A DNA stretch of 64,000 nt from an uncultured Faecalicoccus sp. (lineage in GTDB: Bacteria; Bacillota_I; Bacilli_A; Erysipelotrichales; Erysipelotrichaceae), in assembly GCF_944327125.1 (NCBI RefSeq), contig NZ_CALVGO010000001.1, positions 2,827 to 66,826 on the forward strand, in the 5' to 3' direction. The position numbers were made by a program, and so were the translations under genes. Below, in pieces: positions 33,562 to 43,477 of the stretch. Within the stretch, counting starts at the first letter, position 1, and every line of letters begins with the position of its first letter. The notes beneath the pieces were generated by a model that was not told where the DNA came from, did not search any database, and saw only the letters and a list, made by a program, of their open reading frames with translations.

Positions 33562-34440
33562 TTCTGTTAATTCTGGGTGATTTACAAGGTATTCTGGATC
33601 CGAGACACGTAAAGCATCAAAGATTTCCTGATCGTGGATCTCAAATCCATGTTTCTGGAGATAATAAATCAAACAGTTATTGGATATTTCCTGATTGGAA
33701 TTGCTGACGAGATCGGTTTTGATCTTATCAATGTTTTTGTCATAGTCTTTACTGATCAGAACTCCAACATAATATGCACCGCTGGATTCGTCTTCATCGG
33801 TCATGACTTCATCGATTACGCCTTCCTCTTTGGCAGAGTATAAAGAATTGATGACATAATCTGGGAGGGAATCTTCCAAACATGTCGAAACAACGATTTC
33901 TTCATTTTTAAATTTAGAATCTTCACTGGAATACTGATCCCATACCGTTTGGGCATCTGTCCCTTCCTGTAATGCCTTTAAAGCATTTTTGGCATCATCT
34001 TTGTTGTCGCACATCAGCACTTTGGCGATGGTAGGTTTATATTCTTTTTTGATCTCTTTTTTCTGGTCTTTGAAGTATTGATCCATCAGTTTTTCCTGTT
34101 GGATCATAGGGATGATGATGTTTTCAATATAATCATCTTTGTTTCCTTCTTCGCCTTTTTCATCGGATTCTTCATAAAGCTTGTTGGCTTCTTCCTGAAT
34201 CTTCTTGCCACGTCCGATCTCTGCATCTAACACAGCATTGGTAGCAAGCAGGATCGTATTGGAAGAACCGGAATATTTTTTAAGCAGATCGTATTCTTCG
34301 CCGCGGGTAAAGCTTTGATCTCCAACGGTGAATAAGACTTCATCTGCGTCTTTGATCTGTGTCGAAGACTGGGAACAGGCGCTTAGCAACAGCAAAGAAC
34401 TAAAGGCAAAACATAACGTTTTTTTCAAATTACTTTTCAT
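33547..34440 (-). CDS. PrsA-like foldase lipoprotein with a degenerate parvulin region
   Basis: The start at 34440 is 9 nt after GGAG. Signal peptide MKSNLKKTLCFAFSSLLLLSAC contains a lipobox. Paralogous to the upstream gene. Confidence 0.6.
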   Translation of the reverse strand: MKSNLKKTLCFAFSSLLLLSACSQSSTQIKDADEVLFTVGDQSFTRGEEYDLLKKYSGSSNTILLATNAVLDAEIGRGKKIQEEANKLYEESDEKGEEGNKDDYIENIIIPMIQQEKLMDQYFKDQKKEIKKEYKPTIAKVLMCDNKDDAKNALKALQEGTDAQTVWDQYSSEDSKFKNEEIVVSTCLEDSLPDYVINSLYSAKEEGVIDEVMTDEDESSGAYYVGVLISKDYDKNIDKIKTDLVSNSNQEISNNCLIYYLQKHGFEIHDQEIFDALRVSDPEYLVNHPELTEEEDQ

Positions 34441-35461
34441 TGTCTTCATCTCCTGTTCTAGAGGAAATATATTCATTGATTTTCTTTTCGGTTTCATCAT
34501 CTTTAAATTCGATGTCAAGATCTTTCGCATAAGCTTCTACGATTTTAACATCCAATCCTTTATTTGCGTTTAGAATGGCAGAAAGGACATTGTTGGATAC
34601 CGTTTCATTTTTTGAATTCCACATCTTTTTTAAATCGGTTTGATCAACGTGTACACGATATAAGTAGAACAGTCCAGTGGATGAATCTGTAACTTCGATC
34701 CAATCGCTGGTTTCCCCTTCTTGTAGTTTGGTAGCGGCATCGATCACAGCGGAGTTTAGTGTGGAACTGCTTGCGGCGTCGGTATCGATATAGCCATAGA
34801 AACCGTCATTGCTGGCCGTGGAAGTATCTTCGGAATATGCCGTAGCAGCATCGGCAAAGCTTTCCTTTTCCAAAGCAGAATCGATATTATCTTTTTTCTT
34901 CTGTTCATCTTCTGTTAAACTGTCCAGACTTTCCACCTGCATAGAGAGAATAGAAATCGTACGAGGTTTTTTCTCTTGCAGTGCTTTGGTTGTTTCATCG
35001 AAATGTTCTTCGATATAATCTCTTTGCATTTCTGTTTGTTTCACAGTCATTAAATAAAAATCATACAAATCGTCTGAATCAGTAAAACCGTAAGCGGCCA
35101 GTTCTTTTTGAACTTGCTGTTCCAGCTCCAAATCGGTCGTGGAAGACTGATTGGCTTCAAAAGCTTTCAAATATTCTTTTGCCTGTTTTTCGATTTCGTC
35201 AGTAGTTTCAATTGCCTGGTTTACAACGAGATTTCGGTAGGCGTTGTAAAGAATCTCGTTATCCGAATCTTTTGATTCCTCATAAATATCCTGGGCGGTT
35301 ATATTCGCCTCATCCATACTGGCAACAACCTGGTTGCCGTCGGAATCTGTCATCTTGGAAACATTGTATTTATTTTCATCGTATACAAAATAGCATACAA
35401 AAGAGATGATGATGATGGCAATTACGACCACAAACCAATTGTGTCTTAAGAAATCGCTCAT
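34430..35461 (-). CDS. membrane-anchored PrsA/PpiD-like chaperone (SurA-N-like region plus a degenerate parvulin-like region)
   Basis: N-terminal TM helix WFVVVIAIIIISFVCYFVY. DGFYGYID...GLFYLYRV stands in place of the parvulin GGDLGWF...GYHIIKV motifs. The start at 35461 follows GGAGG. Confidence 0.55.
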   Translation of the reverse strand: MSDFLRHNWFVVVIAIIIISFVCYFVYDENKYNVSKMTDSDGNQVVASMDEANITAQDIYEESKDSDNEILYNAYRNLVVNQAIETTDEIEKQAKEYLKAFEANQSSTTDLELEQQVQKELAAYGFTDSDDLYDFYLMTVKQTEMQRDYIEEHFDETTKALQEKKPRTISILSMQVESLDSLTEDEQKKKDNIDSALEKESFADAATAYSEDTSTASNDGFYGYIDTDAASSSTLNSAVIDAATKLQEGETSDWIEVTDSSTGLFYLYRVHVDQTDLKKMWNSKNETVSNNVLSAILNANKGLDVKIVEAYAKDLDIEFKDDETEKKINEYISSRTGDEDNEK

Positions 35462-35593
35462 GGTAGACCTCCTCATAAAAAATCTTTATCAATTATAGCG
35501 AATATCCTTATAAATTGCAATGAATGTTAAAATCGTATGAATTGAGATTTAAAAGCTTTTTTGTTACTATAGTACAGGAAAAGAGGAATGAAT

Positions 35594-36409
35594 ATGACAG
35601 AGCTCGTTATCAAAGACTTACATGTATCTGTAGAAGATAAAGAAATTCTAAAAGGATTGGACCTTACGATCCATTCTGGGGAACGTCATGCCTTGATGGG
35701 GCCAAACGGAAACGGAAAAAGTACCCTGTTAGCGGCCATTATGGGAAATCCCAAATACAAAGTGACCCAGGGATCCATTACTCTTGATGGAGAAGATGTC
35801 CTGAAAATGGAAGTAGACCAGAGAAGCAAGGCTGGTTTATTTTTAGGTATGCAGTATCCCAGTGAAATCAGCGGTGTAACCAATTCTGATTTTTTACGTT
35901 CGTGTATCAATGCCCGCCAGGAAAAACCAATCAGTTTATTTAAATTTATCAAGGAAATGGATAAGGCCATTCAACAGTTGGACATGAAACCGGATCTGGC
36001 GCATCGTTTCCTGAATGACGGATTTTCCGGAGGGGAAAAGAAGCGCAATGAAATCGTACAGATGATGATGCTCAAACCATCCATCGCAATGCTTGATGAG
36101 ATTGATTCGGGATTGGATGTGGATGCCTTGAAAATTGTCAGTGAGGCAATCGATCAATGCCAAAAAGAAAATGATATGGGACTTCTGATCGTATCGCATT
36201 ATGCACGTTTCTATGAATATCTGCAGCCTACGCATGCTCATGTTCTGGTGGATGGCAGAATCGTTGTTTCCGGCGGTCAGGAATTGATTGAAAAGATTGA
36301 TACCCAGGGGTACGAATGGCTGGAAGAAGAATACCATGTAAAAGCCAATAAAGAAGATACTCGGAAACGTCCGACCAGTCTTGGCCTTTGCGGTGCGAAA
36401 AGAGGCTGA
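35594..36409 (+). CDS. sufC: Fe-S cluster assembly ATPase SufC
   Basis: Walker A GPNGNGKST, ABC signature FSGGEKKR, Walker B IAMLDEIDSGLD. Confidence 0.93.
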   Translation: MTELVIKDLHVSVEDKEILKGLDLTIHSGERHALMGPNGNGKSTLLAAIMGNPKYKVTQGSITLDGEDVLKMEVDQRSKAGLFLGMQYPSEISGVTNSDFLRSCINARQEKPISLFKFIKEMDKAIQQLDMKPDLAHRFLNDGFSGGEKKRNEIVQMMMLKPSIAMLDEIDSGLDVDALKIVSEAIDQCQKENDMGLLIVSHYARFYEYLQPTHAHVLVDGRIVVSGGQELIEKIDTQGYEWLEEEYHVKANKEDTRKRPTSLGLCGAKRG

Positions 36410-36411
36410 GT

Positions 36412-37209
36412 ATGGAAAAACAGTATATTGATGTATTTCAAGACGAGCTTTTGATCGATGCGCCTTCCCAGTTGTCGATCCATATTCATAAACAAGCCAG
36501 AGGAAGTCTTTTTATCGTTGTTCAAGAAGATGTACAGATTTCCATCGTTATGGATGAACAAAGCTCTTCCCATATTTTGTTCTATAATAAGAATCAAGAT
36601 AAACTGAAGCTGGATATCCACTCGAATTTGAAAAAAGATGCTGAGTGCAAAATGGGCTTTTTAGATATGGAAACCGATTCGGTTTCTATGGATCTTAAGA
36701 CTGTTTTGGATGAACCGGGCGCTCATTTTGAATTGATGACAGGTCAGCTGGGACAGGAAAATACGATCAAACATAACAATATTGAGATCTTGCACAAGGC
36801 AGGATATACTCAGGGTCTGATGCAGAACTTTGCCGTTCTTTTTGATAAGGCAGATTATCAAATGGTCGCCAATGGAAACATCAAAAAGGGATGTTCCCAG
36901 GCTCAGTCTCATCAGGTCACAAGAGTGCTGACCCTTGGAAAAGACCATAAAGCCAAGGTCATTCCGCTTCTTTTGATCGATGAAAATGACGTAAAAGCAA
37001 GCCACGCCCAAACAATTGGCCAGCCCGATGAAGATCAGCTCTATTATTTGAAATCCAGAGGACTCTCTCATCGTCAGGCGTTGGGATTGTTGAGTATTGG
37101 TTATTTACTTCCGGTTCTTGATTTGATGGACAACGAATCAAAGAAAGAAGAACTGCGGCAGGAAATGGAAAATAAGGTGGGATTATATGGAAACAGAGAA
37201 AATTCGTAA
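36412..37209 (+). CDS. sufD: Fe-S cluster assembly protein SufD (short form)
   Basis: Position between sufC and sufS. C-terminal beta-helix motif VKASHAQTIGQPDEDQLYYLKSRGLS. Confidence 0.8.
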   Translation: MEKQYIDVFQDELLIDAPSQLSIHIHKQARGSLFIVVQEDVQISIVMDEQSSSHILFYNKNQDKLKLDIHSNLKKDAECKMGFLDMETDSVSMDLKTVLDEPGAHFELMTGQLGQENTIKHNNIEILHKAGYTQGLMQNFAVLFDKADYQMVANGNIKKGCSQAQSHQVTRVLTLGKDHKAKVIPLLLIDENDVKASHAQTIGQPDEDQLYYLKSRGLSHRQALGLLSIGYLLPVLDLMDNESKKEELRQEMENKVGLYGNRENS

Positions 37210-38428
37210 AGATTTTCCGATTCTTTCACGGACAATGTCAGGACATCCGCTGATCTATTTTGATAATGGAGCAACGACCTTAAAACCACAGCCTGTCATT
37301 GATGCGGTCGTGAATTATTATACCTACCTGGGAGCCAATGCGCATCGTGGAGATTATGAGATGAGTGCCCAGGTAGACAGTGCTTATGAGGGAGCCAGAA
37401 AAAAGACGGCCAACTACCTCAATGCATCCTGTCCTGAAGAAATTATCTTTAATTCAGGAAGTTCCGAAGGACTCAACCAAGTCGCTTTGATGCTTACGCA
37501 ACAGATGCTCGAACCAGGTGACGTTATTTTGAGTGATGAAAGTGAACACGCCAGCAGCGTATTGCCGTGGATGCATGCGTGTAAAGAACACAATTATACA
37601 TTGGAATATATTCCTTTGGACAATGAAGGAAAGATCACGGTTGAAAATTTTAAGAAGGCCTTGCATCCAAAAGTTAAGGTGGTTTGCCTGGCCCAGGTTT
37701 CGAACGTACTGGGGTTTACGGCTCCCATTAAAGAAATCGTCAGACTGGCGCATGAACAAGGCGCCCTGGTTGTGGTGGATGGGGCACAAAGCACTCCGCA
37801 TCTTCCTATCGATGTACAAGATCTGGATGTGGACTTCTTTGTGTTTAGTGCCCACAAAATGTGCGGCCCGACCGGCGTCGGTGTTCTGTATGGCAAAAAA
37901 AGTTTGTTGGATCAATTGGAACCCATTTTTTATGGCGGTGAAAGCAATGCCCGATTCAATCGCTGCGGATCTTTGATCTTAAAAGATACCCCATTGAAAT
38001 ACGAAAGTGGTACACAGCCCATTGAAGGAGTTTTGGGACTGTCGGCTGCAATTGATTATATTGAGTCCATTGGGAAAGAGAACATCCATGCCTATGAAAT
38101 GGAATTAAAGCGATATTTTATAGAAAAGGGAAAACAGTTGGGCAACATTCATTTTTATAATGAAAATGCCGAAAGCGGCATCTGTACTTTCAATGTTTTT
38201 GACAATGGACAAATGATTCCCAGCCAGGATGTGGCCAGTTATTTAAATACAAAGGGAATTGCCGTGCGCTCTGGTACGCATTGCGCCAAGATGCTTGTCG
38301 ATGTTTTACAGGTGCCGGGAACATGCCGTGCCAGTTTCTATTTTTATAACACTAAAGATGAAATCGATCGGTTGATCGAAGCTTTAAAAGAAGCTACTTT
38401 GGAGAACTGTATCAATATATTCTTTTAG
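37187..38428 (+). CDS. sufS: cysteine desulfurase SufS
   Basis: PLP lysine motif FSAHKMCGPTGVG and catalytic Cys loop RSGTHCA. Confidence 0.92.
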   Translation: METEKIRKDFPILSRTMSGHPLIYFDNGATTLKPQPVIDAVVNYYTYLGANAHRGDYEMSAQVDSAYEGARKKTANYLNASCPEEIIFNSGSSEGLNQVALMLTQQMLEPGDVILSDESEHASSVLPWMHACKEHNYTLEYIPLDNEGKITVENFKKALHPKVKVVCLAQVSNVLGFTAPIKEIVRLAHEQGALVVVDGAQSTPHLPIDVQDLDVDFFVFSAHKMCGPTGVGVLYGKKSLLDQLEPIFYGGESNARFNRCGSLILKDTPLKYESGTQPIEGVLGLSAAIDYIESIGKENIHAYEMELKRYFIEKGKQLGNIHFYNENAESGICTFNVFDNGQMIPSQDVASYLNTKGIAVRSGTHCAKMLVDVLQVPGTCRASFYFYNTKDEIDRLIEALKEATLENCINIFF

Positions 38429-38443
38429 AACAGGAGGGGTACA

Positions 38444-38884
38444 ATGAGTGAAATCGATCCTAAATTATTAAGAGATATCATTATGGATCATTATCAGTAT
38501 CCAAGAAATCACGAATTGACAAATGAAGAAGGGTATTTATCCAAACACATGGCCAGCGATTCCTGTATCGATGATATTACCGTTCAAGTCAAATTGGATC
38601 AGGATACGATCCAGGACGTACGCTTTGATGGCGAAGCCTGTACGATTTCAACGGCCAGTACCAGCATTATGTCTGAACTGGTAAAGGGAAAAACCACGCA
38701 AGAAGCCAAAGAGATCATTCAAAACTACTTCTCGATGATCGATCAGAAAGAATATGATGAAGATCTTTTAGAGGAAGCTGTTGCGTTTCAAAATGTGGGG
38801 AAACAAGCCAATCGAATCAATTGTGCAACCATTGGATGGAAAGCGCTACGAGACATGATCAAAGAAAGTGAAGGGCAATCATGA
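38444..38884 (+). CDS. sufU: Fe-S cluster scaffold / sulfur acceptor SufU
   Basis: [11 protein letters not shown] start; Cys ligands in [13 protein letters not shown] and NCATIGW. Confidence 0.9.
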   Translation: MSEIDPKLLRDIIMDHYQYPRNHELTNEEGYLSKHMASDSCIDDITVQVKLDQDTIQDVRFDGEACTISTASTSIMSELVKGKTTQEAKEIIQNYFSMIDQKEYDEDLLEEAVAFQNVGKQANRINCATIGWKALRDMIKESEGQS

Positions 38885-40284
38885 AGGAAAAAAATGAAAT
38901 CAATCTCTCAAATGAATATGAATATGGCTTTCATGATGAAGACACCAGTGTGTTCAAGACCCAGAAGGGTTTAAATGAAGACGTTGTCAAAACGATATCG
39001 AAAATCAAAAAGGAACCCGAATGGATGCTGGATCTGCGTTTAAAAGCGTATCACTCCTTTGTCGAACAAAAAAATCCAGAATGGGGTCCGGATCTAAGTC
39101 ATATTGATTTTAACGAATATACGTATTATATAAAACCCAGTGAAAAACAGGAAAAATCCTGGGATGAAGTTCCTGATACGATTCGCGATACTTTCAATAA
39201 GCTAGGGATCCCGGAAGCGGAACAAAAGTTTCTGGCGGGTGTCAGCACACAATACGAAAGTGAAGTTGTCTACCATAATATGCTTGAAGAAGTTCAGGAA
39301 AAAGGGGTATTGTTCTTTGATACCGATACCGCTTTGAAAGAATGCCCGGAACTCTTAAAGAAGTATTTTGGCAAGATCGTTCCTTACACAGACAATAAAT
39401 ACGCTGCGCTCAATACGGCAGTATGGTCTGGAGGCTCCTTTATTTACGTTCCCAAGGGCGTTACACTAGAAAAACCGCTGCAGTCTTATTTTCGAATCAA
39501 TTCCATGAGTATGGGACAGTTTGAGAGAACGCTGATCATCGTTGATGAAGGGGCAGATGTGCATTACGTTGAAGGATGTACGGCCCCCATCTACTCCAAA
39601 GATTCATTACATGCAGCTGTGGTTGAGATCTATGTTCATAAAGATGCCAAATGCCGCTACAGTACGGTTCAAAACTGGTCCAACAACATTATCAATCTGG
39701 TGACCAAAAGAGCAAAAGTTTATGAAAATGGTCATATGGAATGGATCGACGGAAACATTGGCTCTCATATCAACATGAAATATCCGGCCTGTATTCTGGC
39801 AGAACCATATGCCAAAGGAACTACGGTTTCCATCGCCGTGGGAAGCAAAGGACAAAAGCAAGATGCCGGAAGTAAAATGATTCACCTGGCTCCTTATACC
39901 ACCAGTAATATTATTTCCAAATCGGTAGCTCGTCAGGGAGGCGAGGTCAACTACCGCGGTTGGGTTACCCATTCTAAAAATGCGAAATATGCCAAGAGCA
40001 AAGTTGAATGTGACACCCTGATTCTTGATAAGTACTCTCGCAGCGACACGATTCCATTGAACTTCTCGCAAAATGATACTTCGCAAATCGAGCATGAAGC
40101 GACCGTTTCCAATATATCCGAGGAACAGCTTTTCTATTTGATGAGCCGCGGTTTGTCCCGTTCTCAGGCCACTGAAATGATCGTAATGGGCTTTTTAGAA
40201 CCATTCACGCGGGAATTACCGATGGAATATGCGGTAGAGCTCAATCAAATGCTCAAGCTTGATATGAGTGATTCGATTGGATAG
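38881..40284 (+). CDS. sufB: Fe-S cluster assembly protein SufB
   Basis: 467 aa; conserved [19 protein letters not shown] and [22 protein letters not shown]. Confidence 0.93.
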   Translation: MKEKNEINLSNEYEYGFHDEDTSVFKTQKGLNEDVVKTISKIKKEPEWMLDLRLKAYHSFVEQKNPEWGPDLSHIDFNEYTYYIKPSEKQEKSWDEVPDTIRDTFNKLGIPEAEQKFLAGVSTQYESEVVYHNMLEEVQEKGVLFFDTDTALKECPELLKKYFGKIVPYTDNKYAALNTAVWSGGSFIYVPKGVTLEKPLQSYFRINSMSMGQFERTLIIVDEGADVHYVEGCTAPIYSKDSLHAAVVEIYVHKDAKCRYSTVQNWSNNIINLVTKRAKVYENGHMEWIDGNIGSHINMKYPACILAEPYAKGTTVSIAVGSKGQKQDAGSKMIHLAPYTTSNIISKSVARQGGEVNYRGWVTHSKNAKYAKSKVECDTLILDKYSRSDTIPLNFSQNDTSQIEHEATVSNISEEQLFYLMSRGLSRSQATEMIVMGFLEPFTRELPMEYAVELNQMLKLDMSDSIG

Positions 40285-40807
40285 AAAAGCGACCATTCAT
40301 AAGCGAAAACATCTTTCGCTCATTCAAAGACAACAAAAAGAAAAGGCAATAGTCCAGAAACTTTTGCCTTTTTTAGAAGGAAACATCGGTGCTTATATGC
40401 CGATTTTGGGAGAAGTGGATATCATGGAAGTTTCTTTGGCGAAAGGAAAAGTGTTTCTGCCCAAAGTGCTGGATAACCAGAATATGGAATTTATTCTTTT
40501 TGACGGAAACTTAAAAGAAGGCGCTTTTGGTGTTATGGAACCCTCTGGACCCGCCGTGGATCCAGAATCTTTGGATGTGATTGTTGTTCCTATGGTCAAC
40601 TTTTGCGGATTTCATAGACGAGGATATGGAAAAGGGTATTATGACCGCTATTTAAAAAAGACGAAAGCCTTAAAGATTGGTGTGGCTTTTGATCTTCAGG
40701 AAGATGAGTTTTCTACGGGACAATACGATGTGGATATGGATATTTTGATTACCGAAACCAAGTTATGGAGGAATCCGAATGCGAATACTATTTTATGGAG
40801 ACAGTAA
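40268..40807 (+). CDS. 5-formyltetrahydrofolate cyclo-ligase
   Basis: 179 aa; MPILGEVD ... [25 protein letters not shown] is typical of the family. GTG start, position uncertain. Confidence 0.75.
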   Translation: MIRLDRKATIHKRKHLSLIQRQQKEKAIVQKLLPFLEGNIGAYMPILGEVDIMEVSLAKGKVFLPKVLDNQNMEFILFDGNLKEGAFGVMEPSGPAVDPESLDVIVVPMVNFCGFHRRGYGKGYYDRYLKKTKALKIGVAFDLQEDEFSTGQYDVDMDILITETKLWRNPNANTILWRQ

Positions 40808-41411
40808 TACATGGGGATACGATGCGCAAAGCGGGCTTCGATATACAGAGCGGTTTACCGCTTTGATCCAGAAGGCGTGTCCTGAAGATGAGATCATAGA
40901 AGAAGGCCTTTGCGGGCGAACGATTTGTCATGAAGATCCTTACAGCTTTGAGCAGCGAAACGGAACGAAAACGGTTTCCATGGTGATTAAAACACACGTT
41001 CCTCTGGACTTGATCGTCATTATGTTAGGAACCAATGATGCCAAACGGGTTTATGGTACCAATGCCGCATCTTCCATCGAAAAGGGGATGGATATGCTTC
41101 TTCATGAGGTAATGGATCCAGAGAATTATAAACACGCATCCAAAAAACCGAAGATTCTTGTCCTTTGTCCGCCAAAGATGCATCCAGGCTTTAGAGATCG
41201 TGAATTCACATGGGCCAATTTCAGCGAGGAGGGTTATCGTATCATTGAAAATATGAAAGAACCTTTAAAACGAGTCTGTGAGAAGTGGAAAGTGGATTTT
41301 TATGATTTGGAAGATGTTGTTGCCGGTCAATTTGATGCCCTGCACCTGGATCTGCAAGGACATCAAAAAATCGCTGAAAAACTGATACCGAAGTTAGGAG
41401 AATATCGATGA
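40779..41411 (+). CDS. SGNH/GDSL-family hydrolase
   Basis: Block [12 protein letters not shown], block III LGTNDA, block V DALHLD. Confidence 0.8.
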   Translation: MRILFYGDSNTWGYDAQSGLRYTERFTALIQKACPEDEIIEEGLCGRTICHEDPYSFEQRNGTKTVSMVIKTHVPLDLIVIMLGTNDAKRVYGTNAASSIEKGMDMLLHEVMDPENYKHASKKPKILVLCPPKMHPGFRDREFTWANFSEEGYRIIENMKEPLKRVCEKWKVDFYDLEDVVAGQFDALHLDLQGHQKIAEKLIPKLGEYR

Positions 41412-42457
41412 GCACTAGAGAAAACGCTGTAAAATTCTGGAAATCTTTTGAAAAGGTAGAACGCCAGATCAAAGAGTATCTAACACAACAAAAATATGAA
41501 GAATGCATGGAAATCATCGAAGAACTCGATACGGCGGCTTATGAAGATTTCGGCTGCCATTTCTTTGTGGACAATGCCTATTCGGATTTTGAACTGACAT
41601 GGGATACAGGCCCAAATAAAACCGTTCAGTACATTGCCGATCTTGTTTGCGCCATGGCACCTGAATCGATTTCAAAGTCATGGATATTGAATTCTTCGCT
41701 GCCTCCGCTTTCGCAAAAGGCCATTCAAGCTCAGGTCCAGATCAAAGACCAAGTTTATGCGCTTCCTGATTTTCTCCTTTTTTATGAAACAGTGCCTGGA
41801 CAGGAAACCTGGAACTGTGAGATCTACTGCCCAGGGTTCTCGTTGATCAAAAATTCGGAGAACAAAAAGGAAATGGGAATGTATCTTTTGGAGCTGGCTT
41901 TAGGACAATGTGCTTATGAGGCCTATATCTCAAAGGTTGATTTTTTAGATCAGCCTAAAAAGGAGTCGCCTTTCTGTAACTTGGTAGACGCTTATGAAAC
42001 TTTGATGGAGCATGTAGAAAAGAATCAATGGAAAACCTATAACACTCCGCTTGAAATTTACAGTGTATATCAGCCGATGCAGGATTTTGCCCATGATTCC
42101 TTGCGAAAAGATATGAAGTTTATCTTTACGACCCATCCTTTACTGATTGAAGAAACCATTGAAGGGCAAACCGATGTCATAAAAGATCTGGAAGCCAAGG
42201 AAGGAGAGTTTGGCTATCTCTATTATTCCAATCCTTTTGGATCTAGAGAAGACGCTCTGTTTCGTCAAAACCTTTCTTCACAGCTCAATGAACTCATGAA
42301 TAAGACCCATTGTGCCAGAGTGATCGGGGGAGCGATTGGAAAGAGCTACTCCTATATCGATTGGATCGTTTTTGACAGAAACCGTTTTTTAAAGGCTCTT
42401 GAACAAATAAAAAAGCAGATCGATCCAAAAGTCGAACTGCATTATCAGAAATTCTAA
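41408..42457 (+). CDS. hypothetical cytoplasmic protein (349 aa)
   Basis: AGGAGA RBS and ATGA overlap with the upstream gene; no family recognised. Confidence 0.55.
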   Translation: MSTRENAVKFWKSFEKVERQIKEYLTQQKYEECMEIIEELDTAAYEDFGCHFFVDNAYSDFELTWDTGPNKTVQYIADLVCAMAPESISKSWILNSSLPPLSQKAIQAQVQIKDQVYALPDFLLFYETVPGQETWNCEIYCPGFSLIKNSENKKEMGMYLLELALGQCAYEAYISKVDFLDQPKKESPFCNLVDAYETLMEHVEKNQWKTYNTPLEIYSVYQPMQDFAHDSLRKDMKFIFTTHPLLIEETIEGQTDVIKDLEAKEGEFGYLYYSNPFGSREDALFRQNLSSQLNELMNKTHCARVIGGAIGKSYSYIDWIVFDRNRFLKALEQIKKQIDPKVELHYQKF

Positions 42458-42924
42458 GTTTGAATGTCCGCCAGGGCATCAATCAAACGCTGTCTTCTGA
42501 TGCCGGTTGGCGGCTTGTCTGGATTTTCCAGAAAACGAGCCAGAATATCGGCATCTTTCAATAATTCACACAATGGTGAGTCAAAAAGCTCTTTTTTGGA
42601 ATGCTGAGCGATCGCAAAACAGATATCGTCGATTTCATAGACTTTGAACTCTTTCGATTGCGACAGATACTGGTGAGCGTGCAGGCTGGAAAGCCGGGCA
42701 TGTTCACTATGGGCGCAATTGTCGATATATTGCGCATAGTCATGGAACAAAGCGGCAATTTTTGCCTTTTCAACTGAAATGGATCGCGTGATGGCCAATA
42801 AGGTCACACAGCTGTCCACCATGGCAGTATGACTGATCGCCGCAATGCGCAGAGGCTCATTATGGATTTTGGCAAATTGTTCATAAACAAAGGCCTTTGC
42901 CTTTTCGTAACGTGTAAGTTCCAT
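42454..42924 (-). CDS. HD-domain phosphohydrolase
   Basis: HTAMV...ALFHDYAQ HD motif. The start is placed at 42924 (MELTRYEK) because the tracked upstream extension runs through the csp terminator hairpin. Confidence 0.7.
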   Translation of the reverse strand: MELTRYEKAKAFVYEQFAKIHNEPLRIAAISHTAMVDSCVTLLAITRSISVEKAKIAALFHDYAQYIDNCAHSEHARLSSLHAHQYLSQSKEFKVYEIDDICFAIAQHSKKELFDSPLCELLKDADILARFLENPDKPPTGIRRQRLIDALADIQT

Positions 42925-42949
42925 AGCTTTATTATACAATAGATTCAAT

Positions 42950-42978
42950 AAAAAAACGCACCTATGTGCGTTTTTTTG
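42950..42978 (-). terminator. Rho-independent terminator after the cold-shock gene
   Basis: AAAAAACGCAC-ctat-GTGCGTTTTTTT symmetric hairpin. Confidence 0.85.
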
Positions 42979-42992
42979 TACAACATCGTACA

Positions 42993-43202
42993 TTATTCAG
43001 CTTCGACCACAGTCACATCACTTGCCTGTTTACCGCGATCACTTTCTATGATGTTGTAAGTAACCGTCTGGCCCTCGTCAAGAGTTTTAAATCCTTCAGC
43101 GTTGATTGATGAATAATGAACAAATACGTCTTTACCATCTTCACCGGTGATGAATCCATACCCCTTTTCGGCATTAAACCATTTTACCTTACCAGTGTTC
43201 AT
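42993..43202 (-). CDS. cold-shock protein (CspA family)
   Basis: [18 protein letters not shown] and DVFVHYS RNP-1/RNP-2 motifs; 69 aa. Confidence 0.95.
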   Translation of the reverse strand: MNTGKVKWFNAEKGYGFITGEDGKDVFVHYSSINAEGFKTLDEGQTVTYNIIESDRGKQASDVTVVEAE

Positions 43203-43477
43203 GCAAACCTCCTATTCCATTATCTTCTGTTGTTAACTGAGGGTATAAGTATTCATACTCGCAATCATTCAAGACGATAACTTGATTACCTAAATAATAA
43301 CACTCATAGACCATTTTGTCCATTTTTTAAAAGGAGATTCTAAAGTATATTATCATATAAATTTACGTTTTATCTGTTGTAAGAACCATGTTAAATTCTA
43401 CCATTTTCTTTGTTTTTCAGTGCACAACCTTCTTGTTTTGTTGTATTATTAAATTGATAGATTGAGAGGGTTGTACT

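Noticed and set aside
43203-43477. 275-bp intergenic region upstream of the cold-shock gene as a possible sRNA or riboswitch
   Set aside because: Long structured 5-prime UTRs are normal for csp genes, and the same region must also hold the divergent LRR-gene promoter. I saw no conserved riboswitch core.
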